Assembly: GCA_044356725.1 (NCBI GenBank)
Contig: JBIKVS010000003.1
Location: 4,735 to 68,734, forward strand
Length of the DNA: 64,000 nucleotides
Origin: Minisyncoccia bacterium
Lineage (GTDB): Bacteria > Patescibacteriota > Minisyncoccia > SW-4-49-11
Direction: 5' to 3'
Position 1 is the first letter of the stretch, and each line of letters begins with the position of its first letter. Shown piece after piece: positions 49,234-58,956 of the stretch. The notes under the pieces are model-generated. The model saw only the letters and a list, made by a program, of their open reading frames with translations, made no database searches and was not told the origin of the DNA. The position numbers and the translations under genes were made by a program.

Positions 49234-49331
49234 GTCCTCCTCCGTCACCTACGGTGACACCTCCCCCAAGGGAGGACAGTTCTTATCTTGTCTCCATTTG
49301 GAGGGAGTACCCGCAGGGGGAGGGAGGACAG
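49234..49331. repeat. GC-rich hairpin-dense modular element (family copy 4)
   Basis: Module B in reverse orientation, gtcctcctccgtcacctacggtgacacctcccccaagggaggacagtt (49234-49281), is the reverse complement of the 18621-18663 copy with one mismatch. Module A gtctccatttggagggagtacccgcagggggagggaggaca (49290-49330). It sits between convergent genes. Confidence 0.65.
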
Positions 49332-49334
49332 AGC

Positions 49335-50525
49335 CTACAGCCCAAATCTACCTTTGGTAGCATTGAAGTTTTGTTGAATTTCTTCTGGGGTAAGTGCTCT
49401 ACTATAAAATTTTGCAGAATATATTCTACCATTAAAAAATCCATAACTTGGGTAAGCGCCTATCAAATCTGTAGTGATTTTTACATTTGTTCTTGTACTA
49501 GCTAGACCATTTTTTATAAATGTTCCATTTATATAAAGAGAAGGAACTTTATTTGTATAATTTACTACTATATGAATTGGGGCATTTATAGTAACTGAGT
49601 GCGATAATAATGGAGGCATATAAGCAGCTGAATGCTCATAAACACTTATACCATTAGTTCCAACTGATATTCCAGAACCGGCATCAGGAGATGCAACAAA
49701 TTGAGGGCCAATTACATATTTTTGTCCTGATGTACCCCCAAAACCAGAATTAGTTTGTGATTCTATTTCGTGAGTTGTTTGTGGTAGGCACCAAATATCG
49801 TATGAAAAATTATTAAAAACATTAGAAGTACTTGAGGATACTCTATCATCGCCCCCATCAAAGACTAAAGCACCTCCATTAGCAGAGTTGTAGGTAGGAG
49901 TAGAAGGAGCTGGAGCAAGTGTCCCATTATTATTGTTCCCACTTAAATCAAACCAGGTATTTTGGGCTGTATTTAAACCTGGATAACTATTTATATTACC
50001 TGCATCTAGATGTAATACTAGTCCATTAGTGACTATAGATGGAGTGATTGTATTAGATTGTAGTTCAGTAGTAGCTTCTTTATTAATTACTCCTGACTTA
50101 TTAATTATAATAGACTTACTTACTCCCCCACCAGTTAAATCTATTTTAATAGAATCATTACTCAAGTCTAGTTCACCATTGATAAGCTTGAATGGTATGT
50201 CTAATGTCTGTTCTGAACTGACTGTGATGCCAGAATTGATTGTGATAATTTCAGGATATTGAGTAGATGTACAGGTTACTGCTGTTATAGTGTATGTTTT
50301 AGCAGTATTATCTATACATACTCTCCATTGAGAATCTTTATACTGATTTTTAGATAATTGTTGGGCTCTTAGCAATGCATTGTAGAGAGATTCATGGGCT
50401 GCACTTAAATCATTGCGGATTACTATACTAGATACTAAAGGTGTCGTAATAGCTATAAGAATAGCTATCAAAACTATTACTAAAGTAATTTCTATTAATG
50501 TAAAACCTTTATATTTACCCTTCAT
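49335..50525 (-). CDS. Pseudopilin/type IV pilin-like protein with C-terminal LamG-like domain
   Basis: Leader MKGKYKG|FTLIEITLVIVLIAILIAI; C-terminal GFFNGRIYSAKFYSRALTPEEIQQNF, a LamG-type end; last gene of the pilus block. Confidence 0.65.
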   Translation of the reverse strand: MKGKYKGFTLIEITLVIVLIAILIAITTPLVSSIVIRNDLSAAHESLYNALLRAQQLSKNQYKDSQWRVCIDNTAKTYTITAVTCTSTQYPEIITINSGITVSSEQTLDIPFKLINGELDLSNDSIKIDLTGGGVSKSIIINKSGVINKEATTELQSNTITPSIVTNGLVLHLDAGNINSYPGLNTAQNTWFDLSGNNNNGTLAPAPSTPTYNSANGGALVFDGGDDRVSSSTSNVFNNFSYDIWCLPQTTHEIESQTNSGFGGTSGQKYVIGPQFVASPDAGSGISVGTNGISVYEHSAAYMPPLLSHSVTINAPIHIVVNYTNKVPSLYINGTFIKNGLASTRTNVKITTDLIGAYPSYGFFNGRIYSAKFYSRALTPEEIQQNFNATKGRFGL

Positions 50526-50533
50526 ACTTTGAT

Positions 50534-51805
50534 TTAAGCTTGAAAATTACCAACTAAGCTATAAATTGGGAGTAAAATAGCAACTGCCAAAAATACAACA
50601 CCTACCCAAACTATTATCAATAAAGCCGGTTCTAATAGAACAGCAATGTTCTTAGCAATCTGCTCTGATTCCTGCTCATATCTCTCCCCCAATTGCTCCA
50701 ATACTTCTGGTAACTTTCCTGACTCTTCCCCAGCTGTTATAATTTCTTGAGCTGCGAATGGAAGTATTGAATTAGTTCTTTTCTTATTCACCTCAAATAT
50801 ATTATGAAAACTTTTACCACTTTGAATATAATTGGCTAAAAATTGGGTGTAGTTTTTGTACATATAATAATCGTGAATTTTAGATAAAGACAATAAAGCC
50901 TTCGTGATAGGAATACCTGAATTTAATAACATTGCAAGGTTATAAGCAAACCTAGAGACCTCAGTTTTAACGATTAAATCATTGAATACTGGTAAATGAA
51001 ATAATAGCCACTGACCAGACTTTCTTGTTGCTGGAAAGACGAAAAGCACTAAAATTGATAGAACCAATGTTCCTACAATTAAAGGTATAATAATATACCA
51101 ATACTTAGACATAAATTCTCCAATTTGGATTAAAATTCTAGTCATTACTGGTAATTTTACATTCATATTCGAGAATACCTGTCCAATTCTAGGCAAAATG
51201 AAAGTTGAAACTCCTATACCCAAAACTAAAACCAGTGTAAGAACAAATATAGGATAGAATAAGGCCGATCTTAATTGTGCTCTACGCCTTTGATCCTTGT
51301 CTAGTGATATAACTGTTCTTTTAATTTTATCTGCTAAATTTCCTGATTCTTCACCAATTTGAATTAAAGAAATTAAGAAATCTGGTAAGAAATTATGGTC
51401 TTGCATTGTTTGAGACAAACTACTACCACTTTCCACACTGCTTAACATTGAGTTGAGTGTTTTTTTCAAAGTTTTATCTTGAGTATTTTTATATAATATC
51501 CTTAAAGAAGTATTTACACCCATACCAGAACCTACTAATAATGCTAGGTTATCTAAAAAGGTTTTTTTTGCTTTAGTAACTTTACTGCTACCTCTTTTCA
51601 CTTTAGTACGAGTTGGAGTTTGATTCTGAAATGATTGCTTTGCATACAGTTGCTCAATTTCAGTAAAAACTGACTGATTAGCATTATCTATATTAACATC
51701 AGGATTTTGAGTTTCAATTGTATAATTAGGACTAACAACTTGATCTGTAGTTGTATTTAGATTATTAATCACGTCTTTTGATGTATCTTTTTTCTTAAAA
51801 AACAT
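50534..51805 (-). CDS. pilC: Type IV pilus/type II secretion inner-membrane platform protein (PilC/GspF family)
   Basis: Two T2SSF-like repeats with three TM segments; FLDNLALLVGSGMGVNTSL; adjacent to pilB. Confidence 0.8.
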   Translation of the reverse strand: MFFKKKDTSKDVINNLNTTTDQVVSPNYTIETQNPDVNIDNANQSVFTEIEQLYAKQSFQNQTPTRTKVKRGSSKVTKAKKTFLDNLALLVGSGMGVNTSLRILYKNTQDKTLKKTLNSMLSSVESGSSLSQTMQDHNFLPDFLISLIQIGEESGNLADKIKRTVISLDKDQRRRAQLRSALFYPIFVLTLVLVLGIGVSTFILPRIGQVFSNMNVKLPVMTRILIQIGEFMSKYWYIIIPLIVGTLVLSILVLFVFPATRKSGQWLLFHLPVFNDLIVKTEVSRFAYNLAMLLNSGIPITKALLSLSKIHDYYMYKNYTQFLANYIQSGKSFHNIFEVNKKRTNSILPFAAQEIITAGEESGKLPEVLEQLGERYEQESEQIAKNIAVLLEPALLIIVWVGVVFLAVAILLPIYSLVGNFQA

Positions 51806-51810
51806 ATATT

Positions 51811-53544
51811 TTAACTATATTCTTCTGGTATTTGTGCAACTCTCATAACTTCATCTAATGTAGTAACTCCTATTTTTACTTTTTCTATACCGTCCTCAAA
51901 TAAGGACATAGCTCCCTGTTTACGAGCTACTTTAGCTATGATATCAGAGGTAGGTTTATGTAAGACTAGTTCTCTTAATTCTTCTGACATTTCTATCAAC
52001 TGATAAATTCCACTTCTACCTTTATATCCTGTAAATCCACAGTTAGAGCATCCTTTACCTCTATACAATGTTATACTCTCTTCTGAGAAAAATCTTTCAA
52101 GTGACTCACCTACTGTTTCTTCTAACTCTGTTCTATTTACTGTATAGGTATATACACAAGCTGAACATATTTTACGGACTAATCTTTGAGCTACAATAAG
52201 TTGTAATGTTGTAGAAAGTAAAAATGGGTCAATATCCATATTCAATAGTCTTGGCAAGGTACTTTCCCCATCATTAGCATGAACGGTTGAAAACAACAAA
52301 TGTCCAGTTAAAGCTGCATTAATTGCAATTTGAGCTGTTTCATCATCTCTAATCTCTCCTACTAGAATTATATTAGGATCTTGACGCAAAATTGATCGTA
52401 ACCCACGAGCAAATGATAGGTCTGTTTCTTTATTAACTTGTATGTGATTAACTCCTTCAATTTTATACTCTACAGGATCTTCAATAGTAGTTATATTTCT
52501 ACCTTCATCATTAACTGTTTTCAATATAGAATAAAGGGTTGTAGATTTCCCTGAACCAGTAGGACCTGTGACCAATACCATTCCAAATGGTTTTTGAGAT
52601 GCCTTTCTTAATGTCTTTATATTTCTCTCATTAAGACCTAATGTGTCTAATGTAATGTTAGATAGTGTATTGGTTAAAACTCTAAGTGCAATTTTTTCTC
52701 CATATACAGTTGGTAAAATTGAAACTCGAACATCTGTAACTTGATTGTTTTTTTGGAAGCGAATGGCACCATCCTGAGGAATAAAATGCTCATCAGTTCT
52801 TAATTGTGCATTAACTTTAATTAAATTAAGAATATTTTCATAATATGAAAATGGTATTGTTCCAACTTCTTGCAACATACCATCTACCCTAAATCGAATT
52901 CTGACACTTTTATTATATTGTGGCTCAAAATGTATATCTGATACTCTCTCCTCTAAGGCTTCTTCTATAATTTCCTCTACAATCTCTGGAGCAACTGTGT
53001 CAAATTTATCCATTATGGATATAAATCTAGAAGATAAGGGGGCCTTATAGTTCAATAGAGATCTGTCTATATCCTGTGTTAAAGAGTATCCAAATTCTAT
53101 AGGTTTTTGGAATAACTTGATAAGCTCTTGACTTAAATCTTTCTCTTCTATAATTTCTTTTTTCCCCCCAATAAATCCAGTTTTCTCTTCTCTTTTTATA
53201 ATCAACTTAGCATTACCCTGCAATACAACCGGATTATCTGATGCAACTTGTATTTTATCAGCTAAGTCTTTGAAATACACTAATCTTAACTCACGAGCTA
53301 CAGACTCGGGAATTTTCATAACATCATCTTTAGCTGGAATAAAAGTATTTAAATCAAAGTAAGAAACTCCCCAGCTCTCTGCTAAAGCTTGCCCTATAAT
53401 ATCATACGTAATAATATTATTCTGAACTAAATAATCTATAGCAATAGCTGGGTCATTGTTAGTACTAGAAAGGGCTAACTTACAGTCATCTAAAGCTATA
53501 TATTGCGTATTTACTAATAGATCTAATATTTCTTTTGGTTCCAT
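51811..53544 (-). CDS. pilB: Type IV pilus assembly ATPase (PilB/GspE family)
   Basis: Walker A VLVTGPTGSGKSTTLYS, Asp/His boxes, and a C-terminal tetracysteine CSAC...CSNCGFTGYKGR. Confidence 0.9.
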   Translation of the reverse strand: MEPKEILDLLVNTQYIALDDCKLALSSTNNDPAIAIDYLVQNNIITYDIIGQALAESWGVSYFDLNTFIPAKDDVMKIPESVARELRLVYFKDLADKIQVASDNPVVLQGNAKLIIKREEKTGFIGGKKEIIEEKDLSQELIKLFQKPIEFGYSLTQDIDRSLLNYKAPLSSRFISIMDKFDTVAPEIVEEIIEEALEERVSDIHFEPQYNKSVRIRFRVDGMLQEVGTIPFSYYENILNLIKVNAQLRTDEHFIPQDGAIRFQKNNQVTDVRVSILPTVYGEKIALRVLTNTLSNITLDTLGLNERNIKTLRKASQKPFGMVLVTGPTGSGKSTTLYSILKTVNDEGRNITTIEDPVEYKIEGVNHIQVNKETDLSFARGLRSILRQDPNIILVGEIRDDETAQIAINAALTGHLLFSTVHANDGESTLPRLLNMDIDPFLLSTTLQLIVAQRLVRKICSACVYTYTVNRTELEETVGESLERFFSEESITLYRGKGCSNCGFTGYKGRSGIYQLIEMSEELRELVLHKPTSDIIAKVARKQGAMSLFEDGIEKVKIGVTTLDEVMRVAQIPEEYS

Positions 53545-53592
53545 AATATATTTTTTAATTTTAATATTTTAATTATATCATAAAATATAACT

Positions 53593-53958
53593 TTATGTAA
53601 TCAGAACTTGTTTCACGGATTCAGCTAACTGACTAATTGAAACTTCTGATTTTACATAATAAGCAGTTATACCTAGCTTCTCAACACGAGTCCTATCTTC
53701 AGGTTGTCCTAAATTAGTCATAATAATTACCTTAGTAGATTTACTTTTTTTCCTAATAGATTCTAATATTGTAAATCCATCAGCGCCTGGCAATATTAAG
53801 TCTAGCAGAATACAGTCAAAATCTTGTTTATCTATAATACCAAGAGCAATAGTACCATCGTTGGCCACAGTGGTATCAAGTCCAATTTGCTTAAGCTTTA
53901 AATCTAAAACTCGTGCTATAGCTGGCTCATCTTCTATAATTAAAACTTTATATGACAT
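53593..53958 (-). CDS. Single-domain response regulator (CheY-like receiver)
   Basis: VLIIEDEP...ILLDLILPGADG carries the receiver-domain phospho-acceptor Asp; 121 aa with no output domain. Confidence 0.8.
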   Translation of the reverse strand: MSYKVLIIEDEPAIARVLDLKLKQIGLDTTVANDGTIALGIIDKQDFDCILLDLILPGADGFTILESIRKKSKSTKVIIMTNLGQPEDRTRVEKLGITAYYVKSEVSISQLAESVKQVLIT

Positions 53959-53986
53959 AATCTTTGATATATTTAAATTTATTATA

Positions 53987-55585
53987 TCACAGTTGACTTT
54001 TTATAACAATCGGTAATTCTAAAAAGAAAGTAGTTCCTTGATTTTCTTTTGATTCAAACCATACCGAACCATTCATAAGTTCAATTAATTTTTTAACTAT
54101 ATAAAGTCCTAGTCCATTACCATCTGGCTGACAGTTTTTAGCATTGTCTGCTCTAAATAATCTACCGAAAATTTGTGATTGTTGTGATTCTGGGATACCA
54201 ATTCCTGTGTCTGAAATTGTTATCATTAATCTATTTTTATCTACTGCCTTATCAACTGTTAATCTAATTTTACCATTTTGATTGCTATATTTAATAGCAT
54301 TATGTAATATGTTCAAAAATATTATATCTAAATATATTGGGTCGTTTTCTATTGATTGAGTAAAAGGTATATCTTTTTCAAATGTTAAATTTTTTAAATC
54401 TATTTCTGATTGTAAGGTCTTTGACAATGACTCTATATATGTGCTTAAATCAATTTCTTGAGTACTAAATTGAATTTTACCTAAATCAATTCTAGATAAA
54501 TTTAATAATGAATTGACTAACTTCTCCATTCGATTACCTTCTTTATATATATCATTAGCTGCAATACGAACCTCATCATCAATAGAATTATTGGACAAAA
54601 TAATTTCTGAATTCCATTTAATGGAGGTAATGGGAGTCCGCAACTGATGTGAGGCAAGTGATACAAACTCTTTTTGAGCCCTCTCCGTTGTACGTTCTTG
54701 AGTAGTATCACGAAGGATATATACAGAACCTAATATATCCTTATCCAATATAATAGGATTGGATGTATTCTCTAAAATTATATTTTTTTTCTTATTATTA
54801 GAGATGTAATTAAAAATACTTGTATATCTGTTTTTAGGGTTAATATTAAATTCTTCCTTACCATCAGAAATAGATTTATCTTCATTTAATTGTATATCTG
54901 GTAAGACATTGTAGATAAATTTACCAAGTATATCATTAACTCTTAAATCTAAAATATTTTCTAACTCTTTATTTACTAAAAATATATTCCCATCTTTACT
55001 TGTTACTAGAAGTCCATTTGGAAGGGAATCAATAATAGCATTTGTCTTTGCCTTTTCCAATTCTAATAATTTTTGTTGGCTTTCTAACTGCTTTACTAAA
55101 TTAGCCAACTCCTGTTTAGAGTCAGCTAATTCCTGATTTTGCTGCATTAACTCACTTAGTTTGTTCAAATAGCTCTCAGTACTTAAAGATAAATTAATTT
55201 TATTAGTCAGTGATGATCTATTCAACTGATATAGTGAGTTATTAACAAATTCATTTAAATATATCACCTGTGCTTTGTCTATTGAATCTTTATTAACTAA
55301 ATTAGATACTGTTTCAGAAATAATATTCAATGTTTCATAAACTGGTTTAATGATACCTATGTATAATGTATAAGAGAAAAACCAACCTATGACAAATAAT
55401 AATATAACTACCCCTATTAACAAGTGAGTGACTGAATCTGAATATATTATATCGATACCACCAGTATACCGCAAATAAGCTAACCCTATAATAATAATAT
55501 AGAGTATACTTGTAAATAATAATACTAATGCTGTAAATACACGAAACATTACTGACTTAATTAATGGATTAGATTTTGTATTCAT
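53987..55585 (-). CDS. Sensor histidine kinase
   Basis: Two N-terminal TM helices, a coiled-coil, a PAS-like region, HisKA H-box SLASHQLRTPITSI, and HATPase_c G-boxes DTGIGIP...GNGLGLYIV. Confidence 0.8.
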   Translation of the reverse strand: MNTKSNPLIKSVMFRVFTALVLLFTSILYIIIIGLAYLRYTGGIDIIYSDSVTHLLIGVVILLFVIGWFFSYTLYIGIIKPVYETLNIISETVSNLVNKDSIDKAQVIYLNEFVNNSLYQLNRSSLTNKINLSLSTESYLNKLSELMQQNQELADSKQELANLVKQLESQQKLLELEKAKTNAIIDSLPNGLLVTSKDGNIFLVNKELENILDLRVNDILGKFIYNVLPDIQLNEDKSISDGKEEFNINPKNRYTSIFNYISNNKKKNIILENTSNPIILDKDILGSVYILRDTTQERTTERAQKEFVSLASHQLRTPITSIKWNSEIILSNNSIDDEVRIAANDIYKEGNRMEKLVNSLLNLSRIDLGKIQFSTQEIDLSTYIESLSKTLQSEIDLKNLTFEKDIPFTQSIENDPIYLDIIFLNILHNAIKYSNQNGKIRLTVDKAVDKNRLMITISDTGIGIPESQQSQIFGRLFRADNAKNCQPDGNGLGLYIVKKLIELMNGSVWFESKENQGTTFFLELPIVIKSQL

Positions 55586-55589
55586 ATTT

Positions 55590-56024
55590 TTATTCTATAG
55601 TGTTAATAATAACTCCATTTTCGGCTAAAGGAGCTGAGACTATTACCCTCCCCTGATTATTTACATACACAGCATAGCCAGTAATATCTTCTCCCTGTTG
55701 CTGAGGGTCTATAGGAATGTTCCCAAAAGGAATATAAGCTTCTAAATCTGAACTGATATCTATTTTACTATTATCTAGAGTACAGCCTGGCTGACAAATA
55801 CTCTTAATATCATTTGTAACACCAGTAGGTAAATTTCCAGAATTAATATCTCTATATTGATTTATTGCTGTATAGATAGTCATTACATCCGCTTGTCTTT
55901 GAGCATTATTAATGTCTGCAATTTGTTGTCCTGGATTAATCAATCTAAACAGAATAACCATCAATATACTAACTAAAGTCATAACTAATAATATTTCTAA
56001 TAATGTAAATGCTTTTTTATTCAT
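55590..56024 (-). CDS. Pseudopilin/type IV pilin-like protein
   Basis: Leader MNKKA|FTLLEILLVMTLVSILMVIL; 144 aa. Confidence 0.7.
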   Translation of the reverse strand: MNKKAFTLLEILLVMTLVSILMVILFRLINPGQQIADINNAQRQADVMTIYTAINQYRDINSGNLPTGVTNDIKSICQPGCTLDNSKIDISSDLEAYIPFGNIPIDPQQQGEDITGYAVYVNNQGRVIVSAPLAENGVIINTIE

Positions 56025-56584
56025 TATGGTGTATTGTCATTGAATACATTATTTATATCACCTAAATTATCGTCAACTAGTCTATAATTAGCACTCTCAG
56101 CACTTACCCCTGTTGGTTTCTTAGTCATATTAATGAGTGTCTCTTTAAGTTCTATATCTTCCGTATCTCCCTCTGGATTGATTTGATAAGTTACTTTCAC
56201 TGTTACTAACTTAGCATCTGGAGTTACATCATTTTCAATTCTAACTCTACGAGTACGCACTGGATTATCTAATTTATCTTGTGAAGAAATTGGCGCTAAA
56301 ATAAGATTCCACTCACCATTTTCAAATGACAGCCCAAACTCTGCTCCACTAGGATTATTATCAAGATCATCTGTATTAATTAATAAAGAATAATCTTTAT
56401 CTCTAATTGACTTTAAAGCTATAATACCTTCCTTAGCCATAGCTAAAGCCTGACTTTGAGAGATACTAGACTGATTGTTCCTCTGAGCTATAAGCATAGA
56501 GGCAACTATACCAGCTATGGCTAAAGCTAAAATTGAACCTGCCAACAAAACTTCTATAATACTATAACCTTTTTTATATAACAT
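56024..56584 (-). CDS. Pseudopilin/type IV pilin-like protein
   Basis: Leader MLYKKG|YSIIEVLLAGSILALAIAGI with Glu at +5; 186 aa. Confidence 0.6.
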   Translation of the reverse strand: MLYKKGYSIIEVLLAGSILALAIAGIVASMLIAQRNNQSSISQSQALAMAKEGIIALKSIRDKDYSLLINTDDLDNNPSGAEFGLSFENGEWNLILAPISSQDKLDNPVRTRRVRIENDVTPDAKLVTVKVTYQINPEGDTEDIELKETLINMTKKPTGVSAESANYRLVDDNLGDINNVFNDNTP

Positions 56585-56618
56585 ATTTATTTTATAACTT
56601 GTTTATAATCTTATATTA

Positions 56619-57677
56619 TCATATTTTAGTATTTTTGACAATGAATTTGGTTATAGAAAAAGAAATTATAATGAGAGTTCCCATTCCAACAACAAATATA
56701 ATTAATTTACCTCTGGTTTCTAAGGTTAAGGCTGATATTCCAAATATTATACTAATTGTATACATAATTGCTACAGATATTCTTTGACTTAGTCCAGCTT
56801 GTAATAATTTGTGATGAAAATGCCTATTATCTGCCTCAAATATAGATTTTTGGTTCCATATTCTTTGAGAAATGACTACAATAGCATCTATAATTGGAAA
56901 AGCCAAAACTAAAGCAGAAGTAGCTATTTTTCCTCCACTAATTAAAGATAAAACAGCCAACATATAGCCTAGAAACATACTACCATAAGTCCCTAAGAAT
57001 ATTTTTGATGGATGCCAGTTAAATTTTAAAAAACCCAAATAAATACCTGTTAATATAATTGTAATAAGAGCAATATGAGGCTGATTTACAAATAACGTTA
57101 ACGATAATATAAACAAAGTTATAAATCCAATTATACCAACCCCTCCAGCTAATCCGTCTATTCCATCTAGCCAATTTACTACATTCATAAGTCCTACAAT
57201 CCAAAGTGCTGTTATGATATCTTGAGGAAAGACAATTCCAAAAAATTTATAGCTATCTATAAACCACAAATCTCCATTTGGCAAATTAATAGCTTGGATA
57301 CCGACCCCAGACCAAATCACAATACCAGCTATACCGAATTGCCAAATAAATTGACTACTCCAATGTAGATCTAATTTTTCATCTATATATCCATATATCA
57401 ATATTCCAATAGCTCCTAATATCATTCCCAGAAATTCATTTTGCCAAGGTAATAATCCTGTACTTAAAAGAGTAAGCGTTGTTAGTATAAATATAGGTAT
57501 AATTACTAAACCACCAATCTTAGGTTTAATGCCACTGTGAATGTCTCTTTTACGGACTTTACTGTCAAAAATTTTTTCTGTCCATTTTTTAGATAATATG
57601 AATCTAAAGCTAAAAAATGTTATAAAATAAACTACATTAAGAACTCCAATATATATCCATATATTATCCCACTCCAT
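56619..57677 (-). CDS. Polyprenol-phosphate:N-acetylhexosamine-1-phosphate transferase (MraY/WecA family)
   Basis: NVVNWLDGIDGLAGG (family motif NxxNxxDGIDGL) and a polytopic topology; distinct from the mraY at 14945-15985. Confidence 0.7.
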   Translation of the reverse strand: MEWDNIWIYIGVLNVVYFITFFSFRFILSKKWTEKIFDSKVRKRDIHSGIKPKIGGLVIIPIFILTTLTLLSTGLLPWQNEFLGMILGAIGILIYGYIDEKLDLHWSSQFIWQFGIAGIVIWSGVGIQAINLPNGDLWFIDSYKFFGIVFPQDIITALWIVGLMNVVNWLDGIDGLAGGVGIIGFITLFILSLTLFVNQPHIALITIILTGIYLGFLKFNWHPSKIFLGTYGSMFLGYMLAVLSLISGGKIATSALVLAFPIIDAIVVISQRIWNQKSIFEADNRHFHHKLLQAGLSQRISVAIMYTISIIFGISALTLETRGKLIIFVVGMGTLIIISFSITKFIVKNTKI

Positions 57678-57679
57678 AC

Positions 57680-58201
57680 TTAAGCAGCTACTTTAACTCG
57701 AGCGGAACGGATTAAACTTCCATTTAATTTATACCCTACTTGTAAAACCTCTATAATAGTATTTTGTTTAGAACTATCTTCTAGCTCAATGCTATCAACA
57801 GCCTCATATATATTAGGATTAAATATCTCTCCAACAGGATCAATGATTTCAACACCCTCATCAATTAAAATATCTTGCAGTTGTTTATGAATATATACTA
57901 TACCTTGAACCCAATTATTATCTTGTAATTCTACTGGTAGATGCTTGGTAGCTAATGCAAAGTTATCAAATACTGGGATTAGATTTTCGATTAAACCTTT
58001 ATTAGCTAATTTAATACTATCTAATCTAGCTTTTTCTGATTCTTTCTTTAGATTCTGATAATCTGCTTGTGCTCTTTGCCAACCAGCTAGATTATAAGCT
58101 GACTCCTCTTTGATTGTTTCAAGTAATTGCTCCAAATCTAAATTTTCTTGAGGTTGATTCTTATTATTAATTTCTTCCGTTTGATTATCTTTCTTCTTCA
58201 T
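57680..58201 (-). CDS. grpE: Nucleotide exchange factor GrpE
   Basis: 173 aa; coiled-coil N-terminus and a conserved C-terminal GrpE region (LIPVFDNFALA...IVEVLQVGYKLNGSLIRSARVKVA). Confidence 0.85.
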   Translation of the reverse strand: MKKKDNQTEEINNKNQPQENLDLEQLLETIKEESAYNLAGWQRAQADYQNLKKESEKARLDSIKLANKGLIENLIPVFDNFALATKHLPVELQDNNWVQGIVYIHKQLQDILIDEGVEIIDPVGEIFNPNIYEAVDSIELEDSSKQNTIIEVLQVGYKLNGSLIRSARVKVAA

Positions 58202-58907
58202 AATTATTACTATTAAGCATATATTCTACCATGGCTATATTCTTTGCATATTGCATACCTTTTGGTCCAACTACAACTATTGTACCATCATCTGAGTCAA
58301 TTGAAAACTTTCCTACTATAACAGAATATTTGTGCATGGAAGTGTGTGGACTTTCCTCCCCAATATATAGTTTATAGCTACCATGACCAACATCTTTACT
58401 AATTTCATCAATATGAGATTTAATTTCCTCTAAATCATCAAGCGCATCTCTAATGAACTCTACTGATGAAAACCCTGGTTGTGTTAAAAAATTAGACATA
58501 CCTTCTTCAAAGATCAAATCTGATGATAATTTACCCATCGCTACATTTCCTGATTCATGTGCAAAAGATAATAATAGTTTTTTTAGCTTAAGATGAATTT
58601 CACTCATCTTATTCATATCATTCAGTAGTTTATGAGTGACTGACGCATATTGACGCAGAATTTCTTGTCTCCCTAAAAGTCTGTTTACATAATATCTATA
58701 GCCTTGGTCTGTTGGGATTCTACCCGATGATGTATGAACTTGTTTTAAATAACCTTCTTCTTCTAATTCAGCCAATTCATTTCTAATAGTAGCACTAGAG
58801 TATGGTAGTTGATATTTTTTCTGAATTGTAAAGGATGACACAGGCTGAGCTGTATCGATATAATCAAGGATTACATATTCTAAAAATTGTTCTTTTCTAC
58901 TGTCCAT
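58185..58907 (-). CDS. hrcA: Heat-inducible transcription repressor HrcA (short form)
   Basis: N-terminal winged helix YIDTAQPVSSFTIQKKYQLPYSSATIRNELAELEEEGYLKQVHTSSGRIPTDQGYRYYV, typical of HrcA; overlaps the grpE start. Confidence 0.75.
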   Translation of the reverse strand: MDSRKEQFLEYVILDYIDTAQPVSSFTIQKKYQLPYSSATIRNELAELEEEGYLKQVHTSSGRIPTDQGYRYYVNRLLGRQEILRQYASVTHKLLNDMNKMSEIHLKLKKLLLSFAHESGNVAMGKLSSDLIFEEGMSNFLTQPGFSSVEFIRDALDDLEEIKSHIDEISKDVGHGSYKLYIGEESPHTSMHKYSVIVGKFSIDSDDGTIVVVGPKGMQYAKNIAMVEYMLNSNNYEEER

Positions 58908-58956
58908 ATGTACACATTATAGCATATAATTAACATTTTTTCAATGTTTGAGTTTG

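Noticed and set aside
49221-49505. 94-aa plus-strand ORF (MEDLSPPPSPTVTPPP...).
   Set aside because: It spans GC-rich repeat modules B and A and overlaps the 3' end of the minus-strand LamG pseudopilin gene; likely spurious.
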